A stretch of 64,000 nucleotides of DNA. Source: an uncultured Acidobacteriota bacterium. GTDB taxonomy: Bacteria; Acidobacteriota; Thermoanaerobaculia; Thermoanaerobaculales; Sulfomarinibacteraceae. The notes under the pieces were generated by a model. It was not told where the DNA came from, ran no database searches, and was given only the letters and a program-made list of their open reading frames with translations. Each line of letters begins with the position of its first letter. Positions within the stretch are counted from its first letter, which is position 1. This document shows, piece after piece, positions 8,664-18,259 of this stretch. The DNA is taken from the NCBI GenBank assembly GCA_963844845.1, contig CAWJPW010000008.1, positions 192,257 to 256,256 on the forward strand. Reading direction: 5' to 3'. Made by a program: the position numbers and the translations under genes.

Positions 8664-11012
8664 GTGGTCATGTCCGCAAGCGATCGGCCCGGCTCGGGCC
8701 CCGCGAACACCGTGTGGGAGATTTCCCTCGCCCCCCTCGTACGCCACCGCCGCGCGGTCATCGCCACCTTTCTGGCGGTGGCCGCCGCCGTCGCTCCCGG
8801 CGCCCTCAGGCTCCAGGTGGACAACTCGCCCGAGGGCTTCTTCGTCGAGGACGCCCATGCTGTAGCCCGGTTCCGCCAGCTGGAGCTCGACTTCGGCCGC
8901 GACCGCGCGGTCCGCCTGGTGCTCACCGGCGCGGGCCTGTGGACCTCCGCCGGCCTCACCTGGCTCGCCGACCTCGAGCGCGCGGCACAGGCGCCCGGCG
9001 GGGTGTGGGCGGCGGGCGGCGTGGTCGCCCATCACCGCTGGCACCTCGAGCGCTGGCCCCCCGCCGACCCGGCCGCCTTTCATGCCCGGGTGACGGCCGA
9101 CCCGTTTGACGCCACCGCGGGTTGGGTGAGCAGCGACGGCGGGACGGCCACGGTGCTGGTCGCCCTCTACAAGCTCACGCCCGCGCGCCGCGCAGCCACG
9201 CTGGCCGCTCTCGAGGAGCTGCTGTCCCGGGCGCCACCGGGGATCACCGGCCGGATCGCGGGGCTGGCAGTGGTCAACCAGGCCCTGGACGAGGCCCAAC
9301 GACGGATGGCCTTCCGCTTCCTCCCCCTGCTGGTCCTGGTGGCGGCGGCACTGCTGGTGGTGCTCTTCCGCAGCCTCACAGGCGTCGTCCTTCCCCTCAC
9401 CCTGGTGGGGGTGTGCGAGGTCGTGCTGCTCGGGGCGATGGGGTACGCCGGCCAGCGCCTCGACATCGTGACCTCGCTGCTGACGCCCCTTGTCATGGTG
9501 ATCGCCCTGGCCACCGGGGTGCACGTGCTCGCCTACCATCGCCGGCTCCGCGCCGCCGGGCTCGATCCAGCGGCGGCGGTCCTCGCCACCTACCGGGTCA
9601 AGGCCTGGCCGGTGCTGTGGACCGGCATGACCACCTGCGTCGGCTTCGCTTCGCTGGCCCTCTCCGGCGTCCCACCGGTGCGTGCTCTGGGGCTGTGGAC
9701 CGCCTTTGCCATCGCATTCCTGACCCTGGCGGCACTCAGCCTCTACCCCGCGCTCCTGGCCACTCCAAGCGCCACTGGCGGGACCGCCCGGCCCGGCCTC
9801 GCGGATCATGTGGGCGGCTGGGGCAGGCGCTGGGCGGCGTGGGCCGTGGAGCACCGCCGGTGGGTGGCGGCGCTCTTTGCCGCCGCGGCGCTCCTCGCCG
9901 CCGTCGGGCTCCCGCGCATGTCCATCGAGAGCAACATCCTCACCTTCTTCCGACCCACCCACCCGCTCCGAGCCGAGGTGGAGGACCTCGAGGCCCGCGG
10001 GTTGGGAGTGGTGGCCGCGAGCCTCGTGCTGGAGCGCCCCGCCTCCTTCGACGACCCGACCGCTCTCGTGCGTCTGGCCGGTCTCGCCGCCGCCTTGCGG
10101 CGCGAGCCGCTGGCTTTCGGCGTGCTGAGCGCCGGCGACCTCGTCGCCGACGTGGTCGCACGTTCCCCCGAACCGGTGGCGGGCGTCGAGCCGTGGACGG
10201 CGGCGCGGGCGCGGGTGAACGCGATCCCCGACCTGCGTCGCTTTCTCGCGCTCCTGCTCACCGGGGACGGGACCCACACCCGGCTCATCCTGATGACTCC
10301 GGTGCGCGGCTTCACCGAGCTCGAACCGCTCTACCGCCGCGCCGAAGCCCTCGCACACGAGGCATTCCCGGAGGCGAAGGCATGGGTCACCGGGCAGTAC
10401 CCCCTGGTCCTGGCCGCGCAGCACTCGCTCCTTCGCACGGTCGTCCTGTCGCTCACCGCGACGTTCCTCGTGATCGCCGTGGTCCTGCGTCTACTCCTGG
10501 GCTCGGCTGCGCTCACCTGGCGGGCCGTGGTCCCCAACCTGTGGCCGGTCCTGGTGGTGCTCGGGAGCATGGGCTGGTTCGGCGTCCCGGTGGACAGCGC
10601 CACGGTGATGATCGCCGCGGTGGTCCTCGGCCTGGCGGTGGACGACACCCTGCACACCTTGGGCCATCTCCGCCACGTCATGGGTGGCACGGCCGGAGGC
10701 AGTCAGGCCGGGCAGGTCGTGGACACCCTCGCCGAGACCGCCGCCGGCCACGTGAGCACCTCCACGATTCTGGTGTTGGGGTTCGGGGTGTGCGGGCTCT
10801 CGAGCCTGCTTCCCGTGGCCCGCTTCGGCGCCCTCTCGTCGCTGGCCATCGCCGCGGCCCTGGCGGCGGACCTCCTGCTCGTACCGGCCCTGTTGGCCTC
10901 AGCGCCTGCCGCGGCGATCCAGCGCTTCGTCCGGGCGACCGGCGTCAGGCCGGCTGACGGCGGCGCAGGAGCAGCGCGCCCAACCCAAGCAGGAGTACCA
11001 CCAAAAGGGTGA
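8664..11012 (+). CDS. MMPL/RND-superfamily exporter (HpnN-like architecture)
   Basis: 782-aa ORF with two multi-TM bundles, each preceded by a large soluble loop. Typical MMPL N-terminus (RHRRAVIATFLAVAAAV...LQVDNSPEGFF). The 3' end overlaps the convergent gene by 68 nt. Confidence 0.85.
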   Translation: MVMSASDRPGSGPANTVWEISLAPLVRHRRAVIATFLAVAAAVAPGALRLQVDNSPEGFFVEDAHAVARFRQLELDFGRDRAVRLVLTGAGLWTSAGLTWLADLERAAQAPGGVWAAGGVVAHHRWHLERWPPADPAAFHARVTADPFDATAGWVSSDGGTATVLVALYKLTPARRAATLAALEELLSRAPPGITGRIAGLAVVNQALDEAQRRMAFRFLPLLVLVAAALLVVLFRSLTGVVLPLTLVGVCEVVLLGAMGYAGQRLDIVTSLLTPLVMVIALATGVHVLAYHRRLRAAGLDPAAAVLATYRVKAWPVLWTGMTTCVGFASLALSGVPPVRALGLWTAFAIAFLTLAALSLYPALLATPSATGGTARPGLADHVGGWGRRWAAWAVEHRRWVAALFAAAALLAAVGLPRMSIESNILTFFRPTHPLRAEVEDLEARGLGVVAASLVLERPASFDDPTALVRLAGLAAALRREPLAFGVLSAGDLVADVVARSPEPVAGVEPWTAARARVNAIPDLRRFLALLLTGDGTHTRLILMTPVRGFTELEPLYRRAEALAHEAFPEAKAWVTGQYPLVLAAQHSLLRTVVLSLTATFLVIAVVLRLLLGSAALTWRAVVPNLWPVLVVLGSMGWFGVPVDSATVMIAAVVLGLAVDDTLHTLGHLRHVMGGTAGGSQAGQVVDTLAETAAGHVSTSTILVLGFGVCGLSSLLPVARFGALSSLAIAAALAADLLLVPALLASAPAAAIQRFVRATGVRPADGGAGAARPTQAGVPPKG

Positions 11013-11484
11013 GACCCAGCGGGGTGAGCGCCGGGATGGCCTCGAGCTGCTGCCGCAGCAGGGCGCTCCAGCTCCCGCCGGCGCCCGCGAACGGTCCCGT
11101 TTCCACCCCGAAGGACCCGCCCCCGCCCTGGTCTCGGGAGATGTCGCCGCTGAAGTAGAGCGTGCCCAGCTGGCCGCCCATGAGGCTGCCATTGAGGACG
11201 ACCATCTGCCTCGTGCCGTCGAAGTAGCCAGAGAGGCTGGCCGCCATCTCCGCAGGACACGACGCCGGGCCCGAAACGAAGCTCTGCTGAGCGGTGCCAG
11301 AGATCTCCGTCCCGTTCTGGGTGATCATCGCCTGACCCGAGTAGTTGCACGGCAGCTCCTCGCCGGGGATGGTCACCTGACTCGTGAGGTCCCAGGTCCC
11401 GGTGAGGTCGGGCACTGTCTGGGCACCAGCGACTCCCGCAACCAGCAGCGCCACAATATACGAGATGGCTCGCGTCAGTCGCAT
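10945..11484 (-). CDS. Secreted protein with IPTL-CTERM-type C-terminal sorting signal
   Basis: 179 aa with AGGAG RBS and signal peptide MRLTRAISYIVALLVAGVAGAQT. C-terminus IPALTPLGLTLLVVLLLGLGALLLRRRQPA = motif + TM helix + Arg cluster. Confidence 0.7.
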   Translation of the reverse strand: MRLTRAISYIVALLVAGVAGAQTVPDLTGTWDLTSQVTIPGEELPCNYSGQAMITQNGTEISGTAQQSFVSGPASCPAEMAASLSGYFDGTRQMVVLNGSLMGGQLGTLYFSGDISRDQGGGGSFGVETGPFAGAGGSWSALLRQQLEAIPALTPLGLTLLVVLLLGLGALLLRRRQPA

Positions 11485-11909
11485 GATTCGCTCCTTTCCG
11501 GACGGTCGCCATCAAGTATAGGTCCTGTACCCGTAAAGAGCGAGCCCCGGAAGATCCAGCAACGACGGCGCAGGAGGCAGCCGGCGGCCTCCTGTAGCCG
11601 CGTCCGGACCAGCGCGCTGAGCTGCGTCACGACCAGGGGATCGGAGGCCGCGCTCGCCGGGTACCCGTCGGTCCGCACGGGCTCGAGCCCCACCACCTCC
11701 GCCCGGAACCACCCCCTCGTGCGGTGCACCCCCGCACCCGACCCGCCGTCGTCGTTCGCCACGTCGGAGTCGGTGGCAACGTACAGGCCGCCGCCATCCA
11801 CGGTGGTCCCACCAGCGGATGCCGCCCGCGCGAGGACAGGGCCACCGTCACGGCGGCAGTCGCCTTGCAAAGATCAAACGAGAATGCGATCATATCTCGA
11901 AGAAGACTC

Positions 11910-14900
11910 ATGACTCGGTACGTCCAGAAGCCGGGCCGGGTGGAATCGACCTGTTGTCGCCGTCGTCACCTGCAACAGTACCAACGGGCCGCATTCCGCA
12001 AGAGGGTCCCGATACGAGCCCTACTGCTGGTGCTCGCGGCGCTGATTCTCTGCACGGCGAGCGCTACCACAGAGGAGCTCCCGCCGACTGGGGGCACCAT
12101 CGCGCTCAGCGGAGACTCTCCCACCGTGTCGACCGTGGGGCTCACCACCGGAGAGCTTCTCAACGTGGTGCTCACGCCCGACGGGCTCGACCTGGCGGTG
12201 CGGGTGCTGGGACCGGCCGGACGCGAGCTGTGGGCGGCCAACGACGCACCCTCCACCACCCTCGAGGAGAAGGTCTGGCTGGTGGCGCCGGCGGCCGGCA
12301 CCTACCGCGTCGAGCTCACCTCCCACGACGGCGCACCCGGCACCGTCCACGTCGCCAGCGTCGTGCAACGTCCCGCCACCGCAGCCGACCGCCTGCGGGT
12401 TCGCGCCGAGCGTCAGCTGCAGATCGCCCGCCGAGCACTGCGCACCCGCGGCGAAGGACTCCTGGCGGACGCACGCGAGGTGCTCGACGAGGCGGCAACC
12501 AGCTTCGCCGAGCTGAGCCTGCCCCGGCGCCTGGTCACCGCGAAGCTCCTCGCCGCCATGGTGGAGCGCGTACAGGGTGACCCGGCGGCCTCGCGGGCAC
12601 GGGCCGAGGAGGCGCGCCGCGCGGCCGTGGCGGCCGACTACCCCGTGGGCGAAGGCGCGGCCCTCAACAGTCTCGCCATCGGCTGGTGGGCTTCCGGGGA
12701 CATGGAGCAGGCACACTCCGCCGCAGCGGCGGCAGTGGCGGCCTACCGGCGCGCGGGCTACCGCCTGGGCGAGGCCGAGGCGCTCAACACCGTGGGCCTC
12801 ACCGCCAGCCGGCTCGGCGACCTCGACGAGGCCGAGGAAGCCTACCGCCAGGCGGCCGGGCTCTTCACCGAGATCGGCAACCTGGGCGGCCTGCTGTACG
12901 CCCGCAACAACCTGGCGGTGGTTCGCCTGGAGCGCGGCGAGTACGACGCCGCCATCGCCACCTTCGAGGAGGTGGCCGACGCCCTTGCCGCCCGCGGCGA
13001 CGACGCCGCCCGGGCCACGGTCCTCATGAACGTCGGCTCCGTGCTCAACGATCTCGGCGACCTCGACCGCGCGCGCCGCCATTTCGAGCGGGCGCTGACA
13101 CTGCTGCACGGTCTCGGCGCACCTGCCCGGGAGGCCGCCGTCCTCACCAACCTCGGCAGCAACGCTGTGCTGGCAGGCGACAGCGACACGGCGCGCGGGG
13201 ACTACCGGCGCGCGCTGACCCTCTACCGGCAGGCCGGCGATCGCGCCGGGGAGGCCACCGCGCTGCACAGCCTGGGCGATCTCGCGCTGCGCGAGGAGCG
13301 TTTCGCCGCGGCCCGCGACACCCTCCTGGAGGCGTTGACGATCCGCCGCGAGCTCGCACTGCCCCGTGACGTCGCCTCGACGCTCACCAGCCTTGGCGAG
13401 GCCGACATCGCGCTGGCCCGGCTTCCGGCGGCGGAGGGAGAGCTCGCTGAAGCCACCACCATCACCACCACCCTCGGCGACCCCGAAGGGGAGGCGGTGG
13501 CGCGCGACCAGCTCGCCCGCCTCGCCCTCGCCCGCGGCGACCTCGCCACCGCAGCGGCGGAGGCGGATCATGCCATCGCCCTCATCGAGTCGCTGCGCGC
13601 GCGCCTCGCCAGCGATACCCTCCGCTCGACCTACCTGGGCATGCAGCGCGGGCTGTTCGAGCTGGCGGTGACGCTTGCTGTCAGGCGGGCGCGCGACGAT
13701 CCCGGCGGCGGGCACCTGGAGCGGGCCTTCGCGCTCAGCGAGCAGGCCCACGCGCGCTCGCTGCTCGATCTCCTGGCCCCCGACCGTCCCGCCATCGCCG
13801 CCGCCCTCGATCCCGCCCTCGCCGCCCGCACCGCCCGCCTCGAGCAGGACATCGCCAGGCTCCAGCGTCAGCTCATCGACCTCCGCCAGGACGAGACCCC
13901 CGATGCCAACGCCGTCACCTCCACCGAGCAGCGCTTACTGGCGACCGTGGACGAGTGGCAGTCCGCCCGCGCCGGGGCCCTCCGCAGCGGCTCTCCCCTG
14001 GTCTCCCTGCTGGATCCGCCGCTGGCGGGCACGGACCGGGTCGCCACCCTGCTGGAGCACGGCACCGTGCTGCTCGAGTACGTGGTGGGGGATGACACCT
14101 CGACACTCCTGCTGGTAGATCGCACCGGCGTGGCCGCGTTCCCGCTTCCCTCCGCCGGCGAGCTGACCCCCCTGGTGCACACCCTGCGCGACGAGCTCGC
14201 ACAACCCGCGGCGCGGGTGTCCGGAGCCTACCTGCGCGCGGCGCGCCGCCTCTTCGAGCTCCTGGTGGCGCCGGCGGCGCCCCGTCTCGAGGGCGCCGAC
14301 GAGCTCGTCATCGTGCCCGACGGCCCTCTCCACCTCCTGCCCTTCGAGGTCCTTCTCACCGCTCCCCCCCGCTCCACCGATCCCCGGCAGCTCCCCTACC
14401 TCCTGCGACAATGGCGAGTCCGCTACGCACTCTCGGCCAGCATCCTGGCCGAGCTCGCGGAACGACCCACCGGCCCCCGCCCGTGGGACCTGGTCGCGGT
14501 GGCCGATCCCGCCGGCAGCGAGGAGCCGGCGGCGGCCGGCGACGAGCGCGCCCTGCTCCTCGACGCCGGCCGGTGGCGCCAGGGCGGCCTCCCCGAGGCG
14601 CGCCGCGAGGCCGCCCGCATCGCCGGGCTCTTCCCCCCCGGGCGCACCTGCGTGCTCGAGGGTGAGGCGGCCACCGAGTCGGCGGTGAAGGGCAGTCAGG
14701 CCGTCGCCGCGGCGCGCTATCTCCACTTCGCCGCCCACGGCGTGCTCAGCAGCCGCCTCGCCACCCACAGCGGACTGGTGCTGGCGCGGGCCCCGGGAAG
14801 CGGCGACGACGGGCTCTTGCAGGCGTGGGAGGTGTACGACCTGCACCTCGACGCCGACCTCGTGGTGCTTTCCTCGTGCGGCTCGGGCCTCGGCGAGGCG

Positions 14901-15158
14901 GTGCGCGGCGAGGGTCTCGTGGGGCTCACCCAGGCCTTCCTCCAAGCCGGCGCCCACAGCATACTGGTGAGCCTGTGGAACGTCCCCGACCGCGCCGCCG
15001 CCGATCTCATGATCGACTTCTACGCCCGCCTCACCCACGCGCACGGTCACGGCGCCGCCGAGGCGCTGCGCCAGGCCAAGCTGGCTCGGTTGAAGGACCC
15101 CACCACCGCCCACCCCTCGGCCTGGGGAGCGTTTGTCCTCCACGGCGCCGCCCCGTGA
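11910..15158 (+). CDS. TPR-repeat CHAT-domain (caspase-like) protein, probably exported
   Basis: ORF 11724..15158 trimmed to ATG 11910. Hydrophobic signal-like segment IRALLLVLAALILCTASA. Many TPR-like repeats (ALNSLA, ALNTVG, ARNNLA, VLMNVG, VLTNLG, ALHSLG). C-terminal CHAT His/Cys dyad context: HFAAHGV ... LVVLSSCGSGLG. Confidence 0.85.
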   Translation: MTRYVQKPGRVESTCCRRRHLQQYQRAAFRKRVPIRALLLVLAALILCTASATTEELPPTGGTIALSGDSPTVSTVGLTTGELLNVVLTPDGLDLAVRVLGPAGRELWAANDAPSTTLEEKVWLVAPAAGTYRVELTSHDGAPGTVHVASVVQRPATAADRLRVRAERQLQIARRALRTRGEGLLADAREVLDEAATSFAELSLPRRLVTAKLLAAMVERVQGDPAASRARAEEARRAAVAADYPVGEGAALNSLAIGWWASGDMEQAHSAAAAAVAAYRRAGYRLGEAEALNTVGLTASRLGDLDEAEEAYRQAAGLFTEIGNLGGLLYARNNLAVVRLERGEYDAAIATFEEVADALAARGDDAARATVLMNVGSVLNDLGDLDRARRHFERALTLLHGLGAPAREAAVLTNLGSNAVLAGDSDTARGDYRRALTLYRQAGDRAGEATALHSLGDLALREERFAAARDTLLEALTIRRELALPRDVASTLTSLGEADIALARLPAAEGELAEATTITTTLGDPEGEAVARDQLARLALARGDLATAAAEADHAIALIESLRARLASDTLRSTYLGMQRGLFELAVTLAVRRARDDPGGGHLERAFALSEQAHARSLLDLLAPDRPAIAAALDPALAARTARLEQDIARLQRQLIDLRQDETPDANAVTSTEQRLLATVDEWQSARAGALRSGSPLVSLLDPPLAGTDRVATLLEHGTVLLEYVVGDDTSTLLLVDRTGVAAFPLPSAGELTPLVHTLRDELAQPAARVSGAYLRAARRLFELLVAPAAPRLEGADELVIVPDGPLHLLPFEVLLTAPPRSTDPRQLPYLLRQWRVRYALSASILAELAERPTGPRPWDLVAVADPAGSEEPAAAGDERALLLDAGRWRQGGLPEARREAARIAGLFPPGRTCVLEGEAATESAVKGSQAVAAARYLHFAAHGVLSSRLATHSGLVLARAPGSGDDGLLQAWEVYDLHLDADLVVLSSCGSGLGEAVRGEGLVGLTQAFLQAGAHSILVSLWNVPDRAAADLMIDFYARLTHAHGHGAAEALRQAKLARLKDPTTAHPSAWGAFVLHGAAP

Positions 15159-15182
15159 CAGATCGGAGACTCGAAGATCCAG

Positions 15183-15211
15183 AGAGCCGAGCCCGCCGGC
15201 TCCGGCTCTCG
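15183..15211. terminator. Hairpin between convergent CHAT and anti-sigma genes (possible bidirectional terminator, no U-tract)
   Basis: GAGAGCCG...CGGCTCTC stem with inner AGCC/GGCT pairs. Confidence 0.3.
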
Positions 15212-15216
15212 GCCTC

Positions 15217-16149
15217 CTACCCGAGCCCAACCGGCGTGACCTCCATCCGGTACTCCCCAACCTTCTCCCACCGCCCGTCCTTCGACGCGCCCTCCAGCAC
15301 GAGCCGGAGCTCGCCCTCACCGAGCTGCTCGGCGGGCACCACGAGGGCGATGTCGCCGTCGGGCTGAGGAGTCAGACCCGTCACCTCCCACTGCTGGCGA
15401 CCGGCACGGTCGCGCGCGGTGAGGCGGTAGCTGGTGAACGGGCGTGCGTCCTCACGTACCAGCACCAGCGAGAGGAGGCGGTCCGCGGGGACGCTGGGCA
15501 GCTCGGCGGCGGCCGGTCCGCGCAGGGTGAGCACCCCGGGCAGGAGCTCGAGCACACGCACGTCGAGGCGTGCACCGGCCTGCTCGGCAAGCCGCTGCCG
15601 AGCCGCCGCCAGCTCGCCGCGGGTGCGGGCCGCTGCCTGGGCGGCGGCGGCGATCCGGTCCTGGAGCCGGTGTGCCTCGCCCTCGAGGTTGTCGACCCGC
15701 CGGGCCAGCGCCGCCACCCGCGTGCGCGAGGCCTCCACCCCGCGGTGCATGACGACCCAGGCGATCCCGGCGAGCGCCGCCATCACCAACACCGCCGCCA
15801 CGCCGGCAAGCCAGCCCGGCCGCTGGCGCGCGGACGCCGGCGCGGGATCCTCCAGGGCGGCGAGGCCGGCCTGGGCGAGGGCGACCTCCTCGCGGCAGGA
15901 GACGCAGGTCGCCAGGTGGGTGCCCACCGCCTCCGAGGCGTCGTCGACCTCGCCGGCCGCCCACGCCGCCAGGCTCGCCGCCGACGGGTGGGCCGCGAAG
16001 ACCGAGGCCGCTGCCCGGGTGGCCTCGAGCTCGTCACGACAGGCAGCACAGCGCTCCAGGTGGCCACTCACCGCCGCCGCCTCGTCGCCCTCGAGCGTGC
16101 CGTTCAGGTGCCAGGGCAGGAGCTCGCGGACGCGGGCACACTCAATCAT
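15217..16149 (-). CDS. Anti-sigma factor with zf-HC2 motifs, single TM, extracytoplasmic C-terminal domain
   Basis: Trimmed to ATG 16149 (MIECARVRELLPWHLNG), overlapping the sigma gene stop by 8 nt. Two HxxxCxxC motifs: HLERCAACRDE and HLATCVSCREE. TM segment WLAGVAAVLVMAALAGIAWVV. Confidence 0.75.
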   Translation of the reverse strand: MIECARVRELLPWHLNGTLEGDEAAAVSGHLERCAACRDELEATRAAASVFAAHPSAASLAAWAAGEVDDASEAVGTHLATCVSCREEVALAQAGLAALEDPAPASARQRPGWLAGVAAVLVMAALAGIAWVVMHRGVEASRTRVAALARRVDNLEGEAHRLQDRIAAAAQAAARTRGELAAARQRLAEQAGARLDVRVLELLPGVLTLRGPAAAELPSVPADRLLSLVLVREDARPFTSYRLTARDRAGRQQWEVTGLTPQPDGDIALVVPAEQLGEGELRLVLEGASKDGRWEKVGEYRMEVTPVGLG

Positions 16150-16735
16150 CGTCTGGCCTCCCCTCCACCTCATGCGGCGTCGGCGGCGTCGCAACCGTTA
16201 CACGACGCCCTTCGCCCTGCCGCAGACGGGCGGCCACCTCGGCTGCACGCCGCCGGCAGCGCAGCACCCGAACCCGCAGGGCGCCCTCGCTCACCGCCAG
16301 CTCGAGGGACATCTCGCGGTAGCTGAGGCCTACCAGGATCATCTGCCAGAGCCGGCGGCACTCGGCGGGGCAGCGCCGCGCCACCTCGAGCAGGAAGAGC
16401 CGCTCCGCCGGGTCGCTCGACGGAGCCTGAGGCTCGGGGGCCGCCTCGGGATCACCGCCTTCGTGGCCGAGGCGCCGGCTGCGCGAGCGGAGGCGGTCGA
16501 TACAGGTGTGGACCACCGCCCGCCAGACATAGCCCTTGAAAGCGCCGTCCCCCCGATACCGCCCCTCGCGCACGTCGCGGAGGAGCTCGGCGAGGGCGTC
16601 CTGCACCGCATCGGCCCACTCCTCGCCGAGGCGGAAGCGGTACGGCCGCGCCGCCAGCTCGGCCCACCGCGCCACCTCGCGCGTCACGCCATGCTCGCCC
16701 GCTGCGAAGTCGATCGCCCGCTGAGCGTCGCTCAT
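16142..16735 (-). CDS. ECF-type sigma-70 family RNA polymerase sigma factor
   Basis: 197 aa. Region 2-like: DAVQDALAELLRDVREGRYRGDGAFKGYVWRAVVHTCIDRLR. Region 4 HTH-like: LSYREMSLELAVSEGALRVRVLRCRRR. Translationally coupled to the anti-sigma gene. Confidence 0.85.
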   Translation of the reverse strand: MSDAQRAIDFAAGEHGVTREVARWAELAARPYRFRLGEEWADAVQDALAELLRDVREGRYRGDGAFKGYVWRAVVHTCIDRLRSRSRRLGHEGGDPEAAPEPQAPSSDPAERLFLLEVARRCPAECRRLWQMILVGLSYREMSLELAVSEGALRVRVLRCRRRAAEVAARLRQGEGRRVTVATPPTPHEVEGRPDDD

Positions 16736-16771
16736 CCTTCGATTCTAGCCGTGGTGCTAGGATTCCGCTCG

Positions 16772-17419
16772 ATGGACACGACTCCCTCCCCCGCCGAGGT
16801 CGTGGAGCGTCTCGGCCGCCTGCGGGCGGTGGCGATCCTGCGGACGACGGTGCCGGGGGCGGCGGGGGCGGCGATGGCGGCGGCGGTGCGCGGCGGCTTC
16901 CGCGCCGTGGAGCTCACGCTGGGCACCCCCGACGCGCTCACGGTGGTCGCCGAGCTGGCCGGCCGCGAGGGCCTGCTGGTCGGCGCCGGCACCGTGCTCA
17001 CCCCCGCTGAGGCCCGCGCCGCGGTGGCGGCGGGGGCCGCCTTCCTGGTCTCGCCGGTGGTTGACGAGGCGGTCATCAGTGAGGCTGCCCGGCTCGGCGT
17101 GGCGATGATCCCCGGGGCGGCCACCCCGTCCGAGATGCTGCGCGCCCACCGCGCCGGCGCACCCCTGCAGAAGCTCTTCCCGGCGCCGGTGGACGGGCCC
17201 GGTTGGGTACGGGCGGTGCTCGGCCCGCTCCCGTTCCTGCGCATCGTCCCCACCAGCGGGGTGGACGCCGGCAACGCCGCCGCCTTCCTCGCCGCCGGCG
17301 CTCATGCGGTGGGGTTCGTGCGCCCGCTCTTCGACCCCGACGAGGTGGCCCGCGGCGACGTCGCCGCCATCGAGGCGCGAGCCAGGCGCCTCCTCGCCGC
17401 GGTGGACGCGGCCGGCTGA
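16772..17419 (+). CDS. eda: 2-dehydro-3-deoxyphosphogluconate / 4-hydroxy-2-oxoglutarate aldolase
   Basis: Real gene is the last 215 codons of ORF 15434..17419, starting at ATG 16772. Motifs: VAILRT, VELTLGTP, GAGTVLTP, FLVSP, IPGAATPSE, LQKLFPA, VPTSGV. Confidence 0.85.
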   Translation: MDTTPSPAEVVERLGRLRAVAILRTTVPGAAGAAMAAAVRGGFRAVELTLGTPDALTVVAELAGREGLLVGAGTVLTPAEARAAVAAGAAFLVSPVVDEAVISEAARLGVAMIPGAATPSEMLRAHRAGAPLQKLFPAPVDGPGWVRAVLGPLPFLRIVPTSGVDAGNAAAFLAAGAHAVGFVRPLFDPDEVARGDVAAIEARARRLLAAVDAAG

Positions 17420-17420
17420 C

Positions 17421-18200
17421 TCACCGACCGTCCGGCAGCCCGTCGACGATGAGGCTGCAGCAGGTGACGCCGCCCTCGGCCTTGGCGAGCTCGTCGGCCG
17501 GCACGGGCGTCACCGCGATCCCGCGCGCCACCAGCCGCTCCCGGGTGCGGACGAAAGCCGCCGAGTGGATCACACCACCGCCCACCAGCAGCGCGTTGGC
17601 GGCGAACGGCTCCTCCGGCGCCACCTCGATCACCTCGACCTCGCCGAAGCTCCCCGGGTCCACCCACTCGGGGTTGCAGAGCACCGTCGCGGGGCCCACC
17701 ACACCGATCGCCGTCTTGAGGTGGAGGCAGCCTTTGAGCTCCACGCCCCGCACCTCGTAGCCGAGGTCCGCCACCAGCTCGCCCAGCTGAGCGATCCCGG
17801 CCCCGTCGGAGCGGCCCGAGCGCCCCACGAAGAGCGTCCGGCCGACCCGCAGCACATCGCCACCATCGAGGGTGGCGGGGGCCTGGAGGTACCGTAGGGG
17901 CCGGTACCGGCCCAGCACCTGCGCGACCGACTCCAGCTCCGGCCGACGCGAGGCGGCCCCGGGCCGGGTGATCACCGCCGCCTCGTCAAGGACCACCGCC
18001 GCGTCCTCCACGAACACCGCGTCGGCCAGCTCCGGCGCCGTCGGCAGCCGCTCCACCGTGCAGCCGAGACGTCGTAGAGCCTCTTCATACTGGCGGTGCT
18101 GGGCCCGCGCGCGCTCGAGATCGATGGGCTTGCGCGGGAGGTGGGTGAGCTCACAGCGGACAATGGCGGGGCTCACCTGGCGGGTGAGGGCGAGGATCAT
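17421..18200 (-). CDS. Dimethylarginine dimethylaminohydrolase-like amidinotransferase-fold enzyme
   Basis: 259 aa. N-terminus RQVSPAIVRCELTHLPRKPIDLERARAQHRQYEEAL. Motifs FVEDAAVV, DGGDVLRV, HLKTA. C-terminal catalytic Cys context EGGVTCCSLIV. Confidence 0.8.
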   Translation of the reverse strand: MILALTRQVSPAIVRCELTHLPRKPIDLERARAQHRQYEEALRRLGCTVERLPTAPELADAVFVEDAAVVLDEAAVITRPGAASRRPELESVAQVLGRYRPLRYLQAPATLDGGDVLRVGRTLFVGRSGRSDGAGIAQLGELVADLGYEVRGVELKGCLHLKTAIGVVGPATVLCNPEWVDPGSFGEVEVIEVAPEEPFAANALLVGGGVIHSAAFVRTRERLVARGIAVTPVPADELAKAEGGVTCCSLIVDGLPDGR

Positions 18201-18259
18201 GTCGGCCTCCTGCCGTCATCCTACCGCGCACGGGTCAAACGTCGCGGCTGCGGTGCGCC

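Noticed and set aside
11475-11870. 131-aa ORF upstream of the IPTL-CTERM gene (contains TVDGGGLYVATDSDVANDDGGSG).
   Set aside because: It has no signal peptide, RBS or recognisable domain, and it lies in a divergent promoter region. It could be a gene remnant, but the evidence is insufficient to call it.
15434-16771. The 5' two-thirds of ORF 15434..17419, and similar 5' extensions: 7330-7617, 11724-11909, 21424-21918, 27267-27569, 51860-51979, 58070-58321, 42032-42175.
   Set aside because: The extensions overlap other genes or intergenic repeats and lack homology-like sequence. Internal starts coincide with signal peptides, RBSs or gene junctions.
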